A stretch of DNA of 64,000 bases from Carcharhinus amblyrhynchos (Eukaryota), in the NCBI GenBank assembly GCA_965287045.1, contig OZ336876.1, positions 4,526,001 to 4,590,000 on the forward strand, given 5' to 3'. The notes below the pieces were generated by a model, which saw only the letters and a list, made by a program, of their open reading frames with translations, did not search any database and was not told the origin of the DNA. A program made the translations under genes and the position numbers. Below are positions 1 to 11,542 of the stretch, one piece after another. Numbering within the stretch: the stretch's first letter is position 1; the number at the start of each line of letters is the position of its first letter.

Positions 1-415
1 CCTATCCATCCCATTCATCATCTTATACGTCTCAATGAGATCTCCCCTCATTCTTCTAAACTCCAACGAGTACAAGCCTAGTTTATTCAGCCTCTCCTCA
101 TAGCTCAACCCCCTCAACTCCGGTATCAGCCTAGTAAACCTCGTCTGCACTCCCTCCAAGGCCAAAATATCTTTGCGCAGGTGCGGCGCCCAAAACTGCG
201 CACAGTACTCCCGCTGCGGCCTCACCAATGCCCTATACAGCTGCAGCAAGACCTCCCTACTTTTATATTCAATCCCCCTCGCTATGAAGGCCAGCATCCC
301 ATTCGCCTTCCTGACCACCTGCTGCACCTGCAAGCTGGGTTTTTGCGACTCATACACAAGGACCCCGAGGTCCCTCTGCACCGTCGCCTGCCGCAGTTTT
401 TCGCCACGTAAGTAA
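1..415 (-). mobile_element. CR1 LINE, young subfamily, RT C-terminal fragment (runs off window start)
   Basis: Near-identical to 45671-46085 and 31088-31503. Minus strand reads YLRGEKL..ATVQRDLGVLV..SQKPSLQVQQVVRKANGMLAFIARG. Confidence 0.92.
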
Positions 416-999
416 TATATTGTCCATATAACTGAAAGTTCCCGGAGGTAAAAGTTTTGTTAATTTATCCCCAACCTGAGTAATTAGAGACAATGACAGG
501 TGCTTTAGCATGGACAATCAGATGCGAAACGAAATAGAAACTAGTGGTTGAAATAGAAAATACTTCCATTCCTAATTTCTTCCAGCCAACGCTGAAAAAA
601 AGTCCAGCAAAGATGATGCAAGCATTGTTCGTTTTGCCATCCAGTCGCCACAGCCCTAATGCCACACAGAAGGACAATTTGAAATTGGCTTTATTGCCCA
701 TGTCGTACAGAGAGGTACAGTCAGGCGTTGCTCCGGATCAATGTTATCTGCAATGAATGAGGATATGGGGTGGCATTGAGGTCTGGATCACAGATAGGCT
801 CTTCCCCACACTCCCAAGACAGTATCGCAAATAAAGAAGTAAATTTGGGAGTTATACTTTGGGGTTCTGTGGAAAGGACCCTCAAAGAGGAGTCAGTTCT
901 TTTTTTTCATGAAAAGGCAGCCGAAGTGTATTAAATATATATTCAAATTGACAAAATTACTGAACCTGTGCGATAACAGATACAGTCTTAATTCCCAAT

Positions 1000-3900
1000 T
1001 TGCTTAACACGGAATGCATTGAGTGTAGATGTCACTCCCGTATAAATCATCCACAACACTTGAAGGTGGCACGGTTGGAGGAAATGTGAAACCGAGACAT
1101 ATCTTTCCATACCTGAGATAATAGATATTGGTGTATTATTAGGGGAGTTGTGATTCCTATTAATCTGTTGGAAAAACATAATTTCGTCAAACACATTCAT
1201 AAAAATCTCAACCTATTGAGCCTTCTGGATTATTTGTGCAATGTTGTTGTAAGCAGATTAGCTGCAAGGTTTCCTGCAAAGCAAGGTCAGCGCTCCAGAA
1301 ACAGCTTATTATGTGTGAAACTCAATAGACATTTTTCATGAAGGTATATAATCGGTAAAAAAAAAATCCATATCTTTGGTTTCACGCTATATGGTCTTAA
1401 TTCCGAGCGTTATGCTGCTCACATTGATGATTTTTCTTCAGAACATTTCTTCAGGACAATTACCTCGTAACTGATTTCACTAAAAGTTGACTGGTCATGT
1501 CGGCTGAGCATTGTCTGCCCTGCCGTCCATGCAGTTCTATCCGGCTATCACCAGATTGCAGCCAGCCCGTCAACTACATTAAAATGTCATTGCCCATAAC
1601 ACAGAATCGTTCCTAAGCTGGACATTTCCAATGGAATGGATGCTGGGTCCTAACCCTGGACACGGAATTCCAATGGAAATGTGTCTTTACAATTTGGAGG
1701 AAAATATGCCTGAATGAGAGACCCTCAGTGGTTTCATAATAGTCCGGCATCTTTAATCAGAATACGACCAAGGTCATAGGTGGGTTTGACGTGGCGGAGA
1801 CAGGAGGAGTTTACCGCAACATGTAATTGACACCCTGTTAGCACTAGTGGATGTGAGAACTGATACGAGTCATTGATGGGGCGGGTTAGAGGTTAAATCC
1901 GCAGAGGCACAATTAAAACAAACAGTGGTTGCCTATTTGGTAAGCATCTAATAAATCAGGGGAGCGAAATCCGACCTCCTCAGTGAAAAAAAAGTCTATT
2001 TTGACCGTCCCAGTTCCGCCAATGGTCCCAGAAGCATAGTGGTTCCTTTGTCTGTTTAATTATTGCCGGAATTTTATGTAAAATTCTGCAGCGATGGCAG
2101 ACTAATTTAGAACCTGTTCAAAGGCGAACTTTCAGTGAGGTGTTGCAAATCACAGAATGGACCGATGAGTGTGAGGCTGGATTCACCTCTAGCGACAACT
2201 CCAGCACTAGAACTGCTAGGCCTGACTTGCCTATTTCACATATGTTGCAACAATAATAGGAATTACTACACTAATGTAGTAACTCAACAGCACGGATACC
2301 ATACTCAAGCCGTAATGTATTATCCAGACAAGAAACTAGCAGTTGTTGTGGGGTTAGCCAGGTGCACTAAAACCTTGGATTGGGCAGCATGAGCAATCAG
2401 GGTAAGCGAACCAATTTCCGTGCACGGTGAAGGAGCATCGTATTCATAAAACTCGTTTGTGCAAATTCTGAATGCGAGAATGCTCAAAACCGAGAGGGAT
2501 GTGAGGTGAAATCAATGGAGACGCCTGCTCCTGTCAACAAACTCGTGAATTACCGTAGTATGAGACGATGGAAATGACCCAGCAGGCTAAACGAGCATCA
2601 ATGGAAAAGACCATATATCTGAGGTGTAGGCCAGAGATGAAGAAGTGAATTTAGTGATGGAGGAACCAATGGGACAGGCAGGTGTGACACTGTTTGCAGA
2701 TGGCTCATGGCGGATAGAGGTCACAGAGCCAAGGGCGGGATAGGCAGTCGTAAAGCAAGGCAGGACAATTAAAATGAATGGCAGACTGTTGGGCAGTAAT
2801 TCAGCATAGGTAGTGATCCCTGACAGGAATGCTGTATCTCTCCTGTATTAAACAATTTAATGTCTACACTGATGACCAGTATGCTTTTGGAGTAGTACAT
2901 GATTTTGTGGGTCCACGCAGGAGCCGGGGGTATGTTAGATCTAGTGGGGAGCCGGTCCAACATGAAGAGTTAATTCGATAATGTCAGCTGGACAATTCAT
3001 GATGCACGGGACATTGCAGTAGTCAGAATCCATTAGAAGATTCATGCTCCAGAATTCCTAGGGAGCGAACAGGCCCATAGGGTGGAAAATGAAGCAGCAG
3101 GGCAGGATGAAGAGGACGGTGCAGCCATTTCCAGTGCGAGGAGGAGAGAAAAATATAGTGAACTTACACGCCGAATCGAGCGAAGATCAAAATAATGGGA
3201 AGTTTTGATTAACCCCAGAGAATGGAGGAGCGTGGGCAATAAAAGTAGTAGTGGCCACAAGAATATCAGAAAACAGTTCTTGGGGATTCACCATGCGGCA
3301 CGGAATGGATGGTGCAATATGTTAGATATAATAGGCCATTGCTGGTGGTGGAAAGCCATGTGAAGGGTAAATGCTCAATTTTGCCAGCAATGTACAACGC
3401 GTGCCAACTACAACCCGGGGATATAATACAAATAAAACTAAAATACATTCATTTCCCATCCAACCACCCCCACCCCGCCGTACTAACTAGTTTATTATCA
3501 ATCAGTGAGATGAACATGGTCTCGACTGGGAGGTACCACGGGAAAGTAGATCCAACTGGATCTTTTAGAATATTTGCAGATTCAAATCATTAGGAACAGA
3601 AGAATAGCGACATTCACCGCGTGTGAATGATGCATGTCCCACACGGCCGTTTTAAACATTAAGGTTTAAGTTTATTTATTGATATCGCAAGAAGTCTTAA
3701 AACATTAAAACTGCAGCAGAAATATTGTGAACGTCCCTTGTCGCCATACTCCGGAGCCTGTTTAGATACATTGAAAGAGAATGTAACATGGCCAATGGAC
3801 CTAAAAAGCACGTCTTTCAGAACAGATATACCAAACCGGAGCACCTGGAATAAATCAATATAAATACAGGGAGGACATGCAAACACTGCACAGATAGCGA

Positions 3901-4690
3901 CCTAAGCTGATAATCGAACCCAGGCCACAGGCGCTATTAAGCAGTAATGATAACCACTGTGCCACCATTTCGCCCGGCCGGGCTGACATATGTGAGCACG
4001 TCAGAATGCAGAATCGTAGCATCGCATATGTGCTTTCTGAACCCTCATACCCCCATGGAACACCAGTAAGACAATCGTTAATATCTTACAATTGAAGGTG
4101 GTATTGAAATCATGCAGGTTAGCCCTACACAGTGTTGCATATTCAGCCCAGAGACAAATGACCGCATTTGTTGTTTCATTTTGTATAAATTATCACTTTT
4201 TTTTTGCCTGGAAGTGACAGAGTCAATGCCTGTGGGAGGGTTCCAGTTGTCTGGAAGGAAAAACAGTCGGACGTTGCCGAGTGGGATGAAAGTTTGCACG
4301 TTGAAGAAACATTGGAAATGTCCATAGGGGCAGGGGTAATGCTATTATGGGCCACCACAATGTGTGATTGTCAAAGATAATGAGCTATGCTGCCTTCTCC
4401 GGCAGTACTTTGCGATGCTTGTATGGCTCCCTGTAAGGAAGAAGAATGGGGAAATATGAAAGTTACAGCAGAATAGCCCCTCGACATCTGGGCGACCGGT
4501 TAATGTTTCGTTAAGGTGTTTTATTTAGTCACACAACGGCCGAAGGGGAGAAGCTGAGCGGAACAATTATCCATTCTTACGATTATGCAGGGAGATAGCA
4601 ATGATATGAATAACTCTGCCGCGCGAATATGTTAAAAGAGGGAAACCACATGGAAAAAAAGCTGCATACACTACAACTGCAGAGGCATTC
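1000..4690 (+). mobile_element. Degraded endogenous retrovirus pro-pol remnant (protease?, RT, tether, RNase H, integrase)
   Basis: Collinear decayed motifs: KVDWSCRLSIV 1483 (cf. KPDGSWRLTID), KLDISNG 1615-1635, PQWFHNSPA 1723-1749, LFNYCRNF 2052-2075, tether TPALELL..VVTQQHG..AVMYY..K (ORF 2135-2392), RNase H LFADGS 2690 and NVYTDDQYAFGVVHDF 2859-2906, integrase Zn region WWWKAM..FCQQCTTRANYNPG to 3420. Weak protease hints (LLNTE 1000, TVGG 1070, PINLL 1156). Many stops and frameshifts. Confidence 0.8.
3662..3975 (-). mobile_element. V-SINE (HE1-like), inserted in the ERV integrase region
   Basis: Reverse complement of the tRNA head (taaccactgtgccacc..cgccc; atcgaacccagg) plus the same tail type as 35983-36263. 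Confidence 0.75.
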
Positions 4691-5234
4691 ATATCAGCAT
4701 ACTTCGTTCCAGGCTGCTAGTTCCAGTCAAAAATAACTGTGCAAGAAACAGATGTCACCTTCGGATAGTGCAGTGAAGAATGTCCCACAGTGTGGGATTG
4801 TTTATCTCTCAGTCCGGGAGAGGCTAAGAAGGCAGACATTTGGTCAAGGAAGGACTGATTTGTGATCTAAAATTCAGTCACTGCTGGTGTATGAAAGATA
4901 GATTGAAGAATAACTTATTGGAGTAATTAAATTTCATGCCGATTGAATGTTGTATTTAATCCAGTGTGTGATGCTTGCGATTGGTTCTAATATATACAAA
5001 ATAAGGTCATACCTTAGTTGGGATACCCTAACTATTTATAATCGAATATAGAAATGTGTTTTCTTGTGTACTTCTGAATTCTGTACTCTGACTGGCCTTC
5101 ACCACCTTTTCAGAGTCTTGTTGCTATAGAAAAAAATAATTTTGAAACACGCCAAGTCTTTATCAGTGGAACAAAAGTTAAAACGTCATTAACAGGTGGA
5201 ACATCATTCATTAGGAACCCCACAACAATTGGCC

Positions 5235-5580
5235 TCGCTTCAGACAACATTCAGTACCATCACCATGGAAGCACAGTAGCCGCCGTGTGTACCATCTACA
5301 AGACGCATTGCAGGAAGTCACCAATGTTCCAAACCCATTTCTATTATGCTAAATGGCGCAGGCCAGGAATTACAAAGAAAGGCCACCGATTACAAAATCC
5401 TTCTTGGTCGCTGACCATCTTGACCCGGAACACTCGATTCACTATTGCCGATTCGCCATCCTGAAAATGTCTCCATTACATCACGCTGGCTGTACTTATC
5501 CCATGGACCACAGTGATTATTGAGGGGAACTCTCTAATACTTTAACAACTTCATTACAAAGGACAATTAATGCAGATATT
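5235..5580 (+). mobile_element. Degraded 3' end of the LINE family seen at 11696-14199
   Basis: gcacagtagccgccgtgtgtaccatctacaag and caattaatgc tail match 13835-14170. Confidence 0.6.
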
Positions 5581-5985
5581 AATTACCCTTTATTAATTGT
5601 ATAGAATGGAAATCTGCGTTATTTGGTACAACTTTGCTGAACTTAATTTCCCTGTTTTACTGTGCTAATTTAGCTTTTGCAACTGACTTAAGTCAGCAGC
5701 GTTGCCCTTGGTATTTTTAGGACACTGTCACCAGAGTGGACTGCTTTCTGCTGCTCGGGAGAGGAACCTTTGAATTTCCGTGCTGATTATTCTAAAATTT
5801 GGTGTCTTGATCATACCGTGCTAATTATATTACATGATTCATTGCCATAACAATATATGTTTTGAAGGTTTTACACTGCATGAAGTCAGACTCGATTGCT
5901 TTTGTTTATTTACTAACAGTTTCTGTGTCTGTTTATGATGGGCGTTCATCCAAGTTAATAGTTCATTTGGATGGTCTGTATCAGT

Positions 5986-6358
5986 TAGAAACATAGAAAA
6001 ACTACAGCACAATACAGGCCCTTCGACCCACAACTTGGTGCTGAACACGTCCCTACCTTAGAGATTACTAGGTTGACCGAAAATCCTCTATCTTACTAAG
6101 TTCCATGTACTTATCCAAAAGTCTCTTAAAAGACCCTATCGAATCCGCCTCCATCACCGTTGCCGACAGCCCATTCCACGCAGCCACCACTCTCTGAGTG
6201 AAAAACTTACCCCTGACATCTCCTCTGTATCTGCTCCCCAGCACCTTAAACTTGAGCCCTCTTGTGGCAGCCATTTCAGCACTAGGAAAAAAAACCTCTG
6301 ACTATCCACTCGATCAATACCTCTGAACGTCTTATACACCCCTATCAGGTCACCACTC
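5986..6358 (-). mobile_element. CR1 LINE 3' end
   Basis: GDLIGVYK..RGIDRVDSQ and RGKFFTQRVVAAWNGL in ORFs 6068-6384; (tttctatg)-type tail. Confidence 0.85.
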
Positions 6359-7212
6359 AATTGCAGAGTCTGAATAGGTATCATTTCCTATAACTGTTGT
6401 AAGAGCTTTGAAGGATTTGTGTCAGTTGGAGTTTCTGAATTTAGTTTGGTTGGGGGGAGGGGCACCTTGGTGTTCAGGCAATTTGTGGGTAAATGCCACT
6501 TTCTGTATCTCTTTTGACTGGAATGTTTGTACCAATTGTTGTGCTTGCATGGACCTGTTGAGTTTGTTGGAGAGTCTGTGTCAGTTGGAGTGTACGTAAT
6601 AGCTCTGGCAGTTTTATCATCTTACAGGTACAGTGGCCTAATTTTGATACTGGTTAAAAGGAGTGATTTGTTTAAAGTGTTATGATACATTGAATACTGT
6701 TTGGTTTAGTTTGAAGAGAATTAATGTATTGACACCCAAAAGCTATTTAGATTTGAATTAATGCAGACGATGTATTTGTTTTAATTTCCAATATATGTTC
6801 AGAAATATCCTAGTTTAATCACTCGCGCATATGTCCACAGTAAAGACAGAAGTTAGATGTCGGAGTATAATAGTACGTCCCTGAGCAAAATACTTCAACA
6901 TTTTACATTGAATTAGAGAATGATCACACTCGATGGAAAGGCAAGGCTGAAACGGTATGAGACATAGAGATGACAGTGACTGTGCTTAAGGGACAGCCTA
7001 CTTGCTTTCAGAATGCAGCATCTATCTTATTTGCTAATTAATGTGCTCAGATTTACCAGTCTCCATCAGTGAACTCGATGTCGTCATATGCTTACTCAAT
7101 TAAAATCAAATACAGATTAACAATATTGCACCATCAACATCTCAAGGCGATCCACCAGTTATAAATTAAAACCTTTGGGCATCCGGTACCTCAGAGTTTA
7201 GTATAGAGAAAC

Positions 7213-7218
7213 TATAAG
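7213..7218 (+). promoter_or_regulatory. Possible TATA-like element upstream of GPCR exon 1
   Basis: tataag about 40 bp before ATG 7253; position is the only support. Confidence 0.15.
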
Positions 7219-7252
7219 CGGTAAGAAAGTACTGATCACTTCACCCAGGAAA

Positions 7253-7319
7253 ATGATGGAAACATTTGAAATGATCGCCAAAATATTCTACCTAATTTTG
7301 GCTGTAATTGGTGTTCCTG
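7253..7319 (+). CDS. GPR139/GPR142-like class A GPCR, coding exon 1 (MMETFEMIAKIFYLILAVIGVP+G)
   Basis: ATG at 7253, hydrophobic first half of TM1, strong donor G|GTAAGT at 7319/7320. The phase-1 join to 17379 gives GVP-A-NVLAILILS, matching the GLPANILTVIILS TM1 motif of GPR139. Confidence 0.85.
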
Positions 7320-7879
7320 GTAAGTGATTATAGCCATTGCATATGTGTAAATTTGTTTATGCGATTTTTTTTCTGGTTTTACTATGAGTCATATTTTTAC
7401 ATGCTGACCCCTTAGGTTCCTATATCCAGAAATCTAGGTCAATATATTTTGCTTCAGCTCGTTAATCACAGGCTTCCTGAATTTTAATTGCATTTTAGCG
7501 GAATATGCTCGAATGTTGAATCAGATCGCAGTGAAAGTAAGCTCTCTGAAGCAATGTATTGACGGGAATCAGATTAAAATCACGGGATGTCCCTGCACAG
7601 TGCAACATAACTGGCACCAGAGACGCGATACTACTGAGAACATATGCCAATGTGGAATTGCACTGAGTGTGGGTAACTGACCAGAATCTACAATTTCAAT
7701 CAGTTGTGCGTCTCCTTCTACAGAAAGTTACTGAGTGTAGGTCACTGATGGAAATAAATAGGCGAGTTCTGCTATGAAATAATACATTTCCTTGTTGCAT
7801 ACATAGTGTATTCCACGGCATGATTTCTAAATTATGCCAAGAGTATCGAGATAAAACCTGAAGTTATATTCTATTACAA

Positions 7880-8625
7880 AAAAACAGAAAATGCAGTATA
7901 ATCTCAGTAGGTCTCATGAAATCTATGGAGAGAGAACAGAGCTTAGGTCTTGAGTCTGGACGGTGCTTCATCATAGCTGAAGACAATAGAAAATAGGAGA
8001 TTTTTATTATTGTGTTGAAGATACGGGGGGTTATGAGTGCTAAAAGAGGACCAGCTGTCGATGGCAGAGATATTGAAAAATCTGCCATGGACAAAAAAAA
8101 GGAAAGGGAATGTAAATGCTGATGAGCATGGTTAAGAAAGCTGCTGATAGCGGTCATTAAGAAAACAGAATGTGCCAATGCCAGGACAAATGTAATCCGA
8201 GTGGGAAATGTCAATCTTAAGTAGCTAACGGCTGGCCCGATTGGAGTGGTTGGGGGTAGTGGGGGAGAGGGGTGAGGGGGGCGGAGGGTGTAGAGGTTAA
8301 ATAACTGTGGGGGGAAAATGTGTAAGCGAGGATTAAATAAAAATAATTGTTAAAAAACGGAAGAATGAAAATAAATTCAATAACAAATAAATCAAATGTA
8401 ACTAAGTATGAGAAATTGATGGAAATGGAATGAAGGTGGAGGATAGAACTAATGGCCTGAAGTTTTTGAACTCAATGTTAAGTCTGCAAGGTTGCAATTC
8501 CTAATCCGGAGATCAGATGCTGTTTCACGAGTTGGCAATTTGATTTACTGGATCATTGCAACAGCCCAAGGACGGACATGTTGAGAAGAGAATATGATGG
8601 TGCTTTTTTTTATTGGCAAGTGGCA
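7880..8625 (-). mobile_element. Penelope-like element fragment (GIY-YIG C-terminus and terminal repeat), intronic
   Basis: Minus strand about 8460-8525 reads EQHLI..LG.LQP..LNIEFKNF; terminal ctcagtaggtct..ggagagagaacagag motif recurs at 39420, 35000 and 42830. Confidence 0.65.
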
Positions 8626-9436
8626 CATATATTCTGTTCATTGAGGAAGACAGTTCGTGTGTAACTTGACATGTCTCCATATATTTGTGCATTTTATTCA
8701 ATTGCTTCAGCAGAAACTGTCATGATCTACTTCCTGACATTTATGCAAATTTAAAGCTGTCTTGAAATCCTTTTTCTTTTGTTTTAAATTTCTCTTCCAA
8801 TCCTCAGGAAATTAACTCTTGTTCATTGCTTGGAATGTTATGCTCCTTTAGAACAAGTGATTCTGCTTTCAGTATTTTTCGTGTATGTTCTCCAGAACTT
8901 TAAAAATCTGTGACCCCAATTGATACTTTGTTTGCAGGAATTATTCCGGGAATATATTGTTCGGGGCAAACTATGGTGCTTAGCTTTGAGTTGTGTTGAG
9001 TTTATTGAAGCTTTCCAAATTTCAGTGTGTGTGTGAATTCATCATTCTTAATACGTTGAACTGTGTTGTGACTGACAAGCTTTCGCTCCTGTCACTGTAT
9101 TTCTTGGCTGCACTCTCAACTTTGTTTCTGTGTTTTTTATTGCCTTCTTTTCTCCTAATTCCCATTTTGTTTATTTAAATGTGAGAAAGAGAGTGATTGC
9201 AGGGACTTAAGGAACAGAACTTTGCATCTTATACCGATTTGTATCTGACCTTTTGACCAATTCTCTCTAGTTTAATGCTAATATGAAGGGAACCTTTTAT
9301 GCTTGTTTTTTTTGCTTCTGTTCTGAGATTAGTAATAATTCTGGCATGTTGTCAGTTGCTGAGTAACTTTTACTAGGTTAAACTGACTAACACCTGTTGT
9401 CCTGAGATATCTTGCAATTCAAGAAAGAAAAAGGGA

Positions 9437-9725
9437 GGTGCGGTGTTGCATTGGTTAGCACTGCTGCTGTGCAGCACAGTGGATCTAGTTTCAATTTCAC
9501 CCTTGGGTGACTATGTGGAGTCCCTATGTTCTCTCTGTATTTTCCTCTGGCTGCCTCATTATCCTCCTACAGTCCACAAATGTGCGAATTATGCAGATTG
9601 CCAATGGTAAGTGCGCTGAGGCAGAAGGGTAGAGCACGGGAGGGCCTCAGAAAGATATAATTTCTGAGAGTGAGTGTTGATTAGATAGCCGAAAGGGTCT
9701 CCATTTACTATGCAAGGATTCTAAG
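9437..9725 (+). mobile_element. Degraded V-SINE
   Basis: tggttagcactgctgc head and gtgactatgtggagt..tgttctc V-domain. Confidence 0.65.
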
Positions 9726-9954
9726 TTCTATGGCCAGAGAACTACTTTAATGCTGTTGCTTTTGGAATATCTACTGACTATGTCTCCAGTTTTTGGGTAT
9801 GTTCTATCCTTAGTTTTAAACAATGTGAGAATGGCTATGGTTCTAAGACAATGTGACCTCAGTGTCATGCTTCCCAATATGTAGTAATACTTTGGCTTCA
9901 GTCAGCCCAAGCAGTAGTTATGTTAATCAAGGCGTCACATTCCCATGAAAAGAT

Positions 9955-11400
9955 ATCTGATTCTGGTGAGGTATGTCTGTTAGTAAGGATGGAGTCTGAT
10001 CCTGAGATGAGGTCTGTAGCTCAGGAGTGTCTGATCAATTTGGGAGTTTTAATGTCAGGAAGGGTATTCTACCAAGTGCAGGGCGGGAGTGAGTGAGAAC
10101 GATATCAAAGGGAACCTTAAATTAGGTCTGGTTTTGATTGATTCTGATCATCAGATTGCTTCTGATTCCGAGAGTTGAGGTTGTTTGTCTGTCAGATCGA
10201 AGTGATGTTCTATGATCATGAGTGGAGTCTACTCCTGGAGTGGATTACTGATGTGGAAGGGGTAAAATGCTGATTTTTTAATTATTATTATTCGGGGTGG
10301 CACCTGACATTCATGGGCTTTCACAGCCAGGAGTCAGAGTGTTTGTAATCCTCAGGTGAGGTCTTGCAATGTGGTTGGGGGAGGGTTTTCTACTGAGAAA
10401 TGAATGGACTCAGTGAGACGAGAGGTGACAAATCTTTTCTGCAGTGGGGCTGGTGGAATTCTGTTGCTGGATGGGAGAGAATGTTAGTCTTGAGCAGGAC
10501 CTGACCATGATTGGCTGATCCTGAGGAGATTCTGAGCACTGAGCTTTGGGTGAAGATCAGGGGAATTTGCTCAATCTAGTGATATTGCAGGACATATCTT
10601 GGTGTTGTAATGATTCTCAACGGGAATTGATTATAGGAGGAATAGAATCCTTGCAATTGTGAGATGTTTTCTGAATGTTGGCCTGCCCTTGAGTGGGATC
10701 AACTCATCAGAGGATAAGTTTGTACCTAATGAATGAGGTCTAATCCTAAAGAATGTTTGTTAAAGACCGGGAAGAATCGTGTGGCATCTGATCTGAATGT
10801 ACAGGGGCTCAGGAAGATCTTATCCTGTGTGTTGACCTGATCGCCGGTAGGGCGCTGTGATCCTGATTGGAATCTTAAGTGGAGAGGTTGACTCTGAACC
10901 CAAGATGATGGAATAATCCTGAGGGGATATTGAACCTGAGGTTTTTTTTTACTCTGCGGGGTTTCTGTTGGGTGAAGTTTTCTGATGCTGAAGAGGGGAT
11001 TTTATGACCATGAGGAATTCTTGAACCCAAAGTAGAAAACTTGCAACTGATGGAGTGCAAGCCGCTATGTTGATCCTGTCCAATATGGCAGATTAATACG
11101 AGTAATGGGTGAAGGTCTTAAAATACAAGTGTCTAATCCTCTGGATGCAAGATTCCAGGAAATTGAATCTGATGCAGGTGGCGGTGCTGGAACTTTTAGT
11201 AGATGACATACTATGAAAGAAATCCAATTTCTTCATAGGACTGGCCAATTTCTGAAAGCTGGATTCTGCTCGGTGGTAGGATTCTTTTCCTGAGGATTGC
11301 CTGGCCTTCTTCTTTGTCCGAAACCCAGTCAATGTTCAGTTTGAGAGAGTGCTGATAATCGTCAGTAGATGGCAACGTTGATCAGCTGGCAAGGTCATAA
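9955..11400. repeat. Highly degenerate tandem array, about 18-bp period (consensus like tctgatcctgagtgggg)
   Basis: tctg(a) recurs at about 17-19 bp spacing (9976, 9995, 10013, 10030); ctgatcctgag occurs exactly at about 9996 and about 10515. Confidence 0.55.
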
Positions 11401-11542
11401 TCTGGAGTGCGGGATGATGTCGAGGATAGTTCCATAATTCCACTTTATGGTGCTGTCTGTAATCATTAACTTCGGGTGTTTGTGTGTGTGCTTCAGACTT
11501 ATGTTGAGATTTTTACCCACAGTTGAATATAGGTTATATTAT

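Noticed and set aside
173-415. Recurrent 76-80 aa ORFs (also 24612, 31259, 45842) as a small gene family
   Set aside because: They are antisense shadow frames of the same CR1 RT segment.
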